A stretch of 64,000 bases of DNA from Nitrosopumilus sp. (lineage in GTDB: Archaea > Thermoproteota > Nitrososphaeria > Nitrososphaerales > Nitrosopumilaceae): contig OZ244651.1 in the NCBI GenBank assembly GCA_965218695.1, positions 2,304,001 to 2,368,000 of the forward strand. The letters are read 5' to 3'. Position numbers and translations under genes: made by a program. Under the pieces are notes generated by a model. It searched no databases and was not told the DNA's origin. It was given only the letters and a program-made list of their open reading frames with translations. Shown one piece after another: positions 61,100 to 64,000 of this stretch (position 1 is the stretch's first letter; each line of letters begins with the position of its first letter).

Positions 61100-63041
61100 C
61101 TCGGTTTTGAAGTTCCTTTTCAAGTCTTTTTAGTCTATCCCGGCATTCGATGGCGTTTTCATAGTTCCGTTCATCAGCGTATGCCCGCATCTGCTCCTTG
61201 AGTAATTTGATGTCGGCTTCGATGTCGTGCGATGTCTTTAGCTTAAAGTCGTCAATGTCTACAACCTTTTCAGGTATCGGCTTTGTGATGGTTGCAGGTA
61301 TGATGCCGTGCTGCAGGTTGTACTGAACCTGCTTGTCCCGGCGCCTGTCAGTCTCGTCGATTGCCTTTTGCATCGACTGCGTGATGGTGTCGGCATACAT
61401 GATGACGGCACCGTTGAGGTTTCTTGCCGCGCGGCCAAACGTCTGAATCAGGCTAATAGAGCCCCGCAGGAATCCCTCCTTGTCAGCGTCAAGTATTGCA
61501 ACCAGAGATACCTCGGGTATGTCCAGCCCCTCCCGAAGGAGGTTGATTCCCACCAGTGCATCAAACTCTCCAAGGCGCAGTTGCCTTATGATCTCGGTCC
61601 TCTCCAGTCCCTTTATCTCCGAATGCAGGTATCTTACGCGGATGTCCCTCATTGAGAGGTGCTCTGCCAGATCCTCTGCCATCCTCTTGGTCAGAGTAGT
61701 GATGAGTACGCGTTCTGAGACGGCGGCCCTTTTCTTGATCTCTGATATGAGGTCGTCTATCTGGCCGTCCTTGGGCCTGACCTCCACGTGCGGGTCGACA
61801 AGGCCCGTCGGCCGCACCAGCTGCTCGACTATTTGTGATGACTTGCCCCTCTCGTACACTGATGGGGTGGCCGATACAAAGATGGTGTTTTTGATGTATG
61901 ATTCAAACTCTTCGAACTTTAGCGGGCGGTTGTCATACGCACTTGGAAGCCTGAACCCGTATGTGACAAGCTCCTTCTTTCTGGAATAGTCTCCCTTGTA
62001 CATCCCGTGGACCTGCGGCAACGTGGCGTGAGACTCGTCGATCACCAGAAGGTAGTCGTCTTCGAAAAAGTCCAGCAGGCAAAACGCCTTCTCCCCGGGC
62101 GCTCTGCCGTCAAAGTGCCGGGAGTAGTTTTCTATTCCAGAGCAGAACCCCAGCTCCTCTATCATCTCGAGATCATATTTGGTCCTCATCTCAAGCCGCT
62201 GCCGCTCCAGCTCGCGCAGCTCCGGCAGCCTACCCTCCAGCTCATCTCGAATCGTCTTGATTGCCCCGTCCCGGACGTGGTCGGGTATGATGTAGTGCCG
62301 CGCCGGAAAGATGGTCACGGACGGAATCCGCCTCTTTTCTGCAAGGGAGACATGGTCAAGGAGCGTGAGCCTCTCTATCTGGTCGCCAAACATCGACACC
62401 CGCACGATATCTGTATGGTATGCAGGGACAATATCGATGGTGTCGCCCTTTACCCGAAAGTTTCCAGGGGCAATCTCGGTGTCGTTGCGCTCGTATCCGG
62501 CGTCGATGAGCTTCTTGATCAGGTCGTCTCGGCGTATCTCTTCGTCGGATCCCGCCCGGACTGCCATACCGTCCCAGTCACGAGGGTTTCCAAGGGAGTA
62601 GATGCACGATACGGTGGATATGACGACTGTCGGCTCTCCTGAGCGCAGCATTGCCGTGGCCTCGAGACGCAGCCTTTCGATCTCGTCGTTGATCTGGGTG
62701 TCCTTTTCAATGTAGGTGTCAGTCTGCGGAAGGTAGCTTTCGGGCTGGTAGTAGTCATAGTATGATACAAAGTACCCCACGTTGTTCTTTGGGAAGAACT
62801 GCTTGAGTTCCGAGTACAGCTGCGCGGCAAGCGTCTTGTTGTGGGATATTATGAGGGTGTTTTTTCCTGTCCTAGCAATCACGTTGGCAATAGAAAACGT
62901 CTTGCCGCTGCCGGTCACGCCAAGCAGCGTCTGGACTGCTTTCTTTTTCACTCCCCGGACAAGCGAGTCTATGGCATCTGACTGATCGCCTGCGGGAGCA
63001 AACTTTGATACCAGTTCAAATCTGGTGGCGCGGCTCAACAC
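61086..63041 (-). CDS. uvrB: Excinuclease ABC subunit B
   Basis: [26 protein letters not shown]. Confidence 0.96.
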   Translation of the reverse strand: MLSRATRFELVSKFAPAGDQSDAIDSLVRGVKKKAVQTLLGVTGSGKTFSIANVIARTGKNTLIISHNKTLAAQLYSELKQFFPKNNVGYFVSYYDYYQPESYLPQTDTYIEKDTQINDEIERLRLEATAMLRSGEPTVVISTVSCIYSLGNPRDWDGMAVRAGSDEEIRRDDLIKKLIDAGYERNDTEIAPGNFRVKGDTIDIVPAYHTDIVRVSMFGDQIERLTLLDHVSLAEKRRIPSVTIFPARHYIIPDHVRDGAIKTIRDELEGRLPELRELERQRLEMRTKYDLEMIEELGFCSGIENYSRHFDGRAPGEKAFCLLDFFEDDYLLVIDESHATLPQVHGMYKGDYSRKKELVTYGFRLPSAYDNRPLKFEEFESYIKNTIFVSATPSVYERGKSSQIVEQLVRPTGLVDPHVEVRPKDGQIDDLISEIKKRAAVSERVLITTLTKRMAEDLAEHLSMRDIRVRYLHSEIKGLERTEIIRQLRLGEFDALVGINLLREGLDIPEVSLVAILDADKEGFLRGSISLIQTFGRAARNLNGAVIMYADTITQSMQKAIDETDRRRDKQVQYNLQHGIIPATITKPIPEKVVDIDDFKLKTSHDIEADIKLLKEQMRAYADERNYENAIECRDRLKRLEKELQNRDDRK

Positions 63042-63106
63042 AGATGTTACAGGGGATACAAAACTTATCTCTAACTATACCATGCCGCAGGCCGGCCAAT
63101 CCACCT

Positions 63107-63739
63107 CTACCATTTAGGCTCGCTGGCCATCACGGGCTCGCCATCCACTACCTCAAAGCCCATTATCTCCAGGGTCTTGAGCGCAGTTGGCGACCCCCTT
63201 TGGAGTATCTTCTGCGCCAGCTCAAGGCGCCTGCCGGGGCGCAGTTGCTGGCCGATCTTGTACTTGCCGTGCAGCGTGCGCGGGGATACGCGGATTACGC
63301 TTACCGCATCCAGCACCCCCATCTCCGGCCGGATCGGCTCGTACCGGCCCTCGGGCTGGTACTTTTCCATCAGGCCGTTGAGGGCAAGCGTCTTTTCCTC
63401 CCGGTCAGTGACGATCGACGCCATTCCCTTGATTACCACGCTGACGTACAGGGTGTCGGCAAGGGAGGCATCATGCGGATCCTCAAAGTATGACGGAAGA
63501 AACTCCAGCTCCCGGTCCACCTCGAATCCGGCCCTGCCGTTCCTGGATATGTTGTCCAGTTTCTCCCCCCTCACGTGGGAGTGCATGTAGACGGCGCCAT
63601 TCAGGTACACAAAGTTCATCGGGATCGTCTGCGGGAATCCGTCCGGGTCGATGGTGGAGATCCTTCCCACGTGCTCGGCGTTGAGAAACTCCCTTATCTT
63701 CTCCTTCGAGCGCATCTGCAAGACCCCCTTTAGCTGCAA
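63107..63739 (-). CDS. Pyridoxamine 5'-phosphate oxidase-like flavin-binding protein
   Basis: VGRISTID..GFP..IPMNFVY, HS..GEKLDNI, GKYKIGQ. Confidence 0.82.
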   Translation of the reverse strand: MQLKGVLQMRSKEKIREFLNAEHVGRISTIDPDGFPQTIPMNFVYLNGAVYMHSHVRGEKLDNISRNGRAGFEVDRELEFLPSYFEDPHDASLADTLYVSVVIKGMASIVTDREEKTLALNGLMEKYQPEGRYEPIRPEMGVLDAVSVIRVSPRTLHGKYKIGQQLRPGRRLELAQKILQRGSPTALKTLEIMGFEVVDGEPVMASEPKW

Positions 63740-63784
63740 CGAGCATCATGGGGAGGGCTTGGTTAATAAATTCAGTCAGGTCAC

Positions 63785-64000
63785 CAGTTAACGCAGAAGT
63801 AAGGCTTGCAGAATCCATGGCAGCCAGTAATCATGACCTTGAATGACTCTGCTGGTGTTCCTGCACGGTATCGTACGCAATCTGAATGTCCAAATTACAT
63901 ACGTTCACTGCAGCATCTGCAGGATGGGAAAGACATCCTTCTCAGGGACAGATATCAGACGGTCCGACAGAATCTGTCCGGAAGACAGAACCGTTACGGT
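63785..64000. mobile_element. End of another ISH3-type element or MITE running off the window
   Basis: CAGTTAACGCAGAAGTAA at 63785 is identical to the TIR at 4857. Confidence 0.7.

Overview
This 64-kb window is from an ammonia-oxidising archaeon (Nitrosopumilaceae-like Thaumarchaeota). The call rests on gene content: CdvC, a PEF-CTERM protein, a TrmB regulator and a stand-alone A/V-ATPase F gene. It is GC-rich and IS-laden, which resembles host-associated lineages (inference). The housekeeping backbone is ilvB-ilvN-leuA-leuB, lsrF-like aldolase, atpF, carAB, cdvC, citrate synthase and uvrBAC. Four things stand out. (1) carB is interrupted by a 21-nt insert with an in-frame TAA. It folds into a relaxed bulge-helix-bulge, and the canonical cut sites restore the conserved GEAGE|FDYSG motif exactly, making it a candidate tRNA-type intron in an mRNA. 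(2) 11.66-17.53 kb is a four-level nest of mobile elements: a TnpB-only cassette with 21-bp TIRs and an 8-bp TSD holds an IS5, which holds an IS110, which holds an IS481. (3) The IS110 non-coding end folds into a bridge-RNA-like structure whose guide segments match the IS5 terminal repeat it inserted into. (4) An accessory island carries cyanase plus an FNT transporter. I found no rRNA, tRNA or CRISPR array. All calls come from reading the sequence by eye; no database searches were run.
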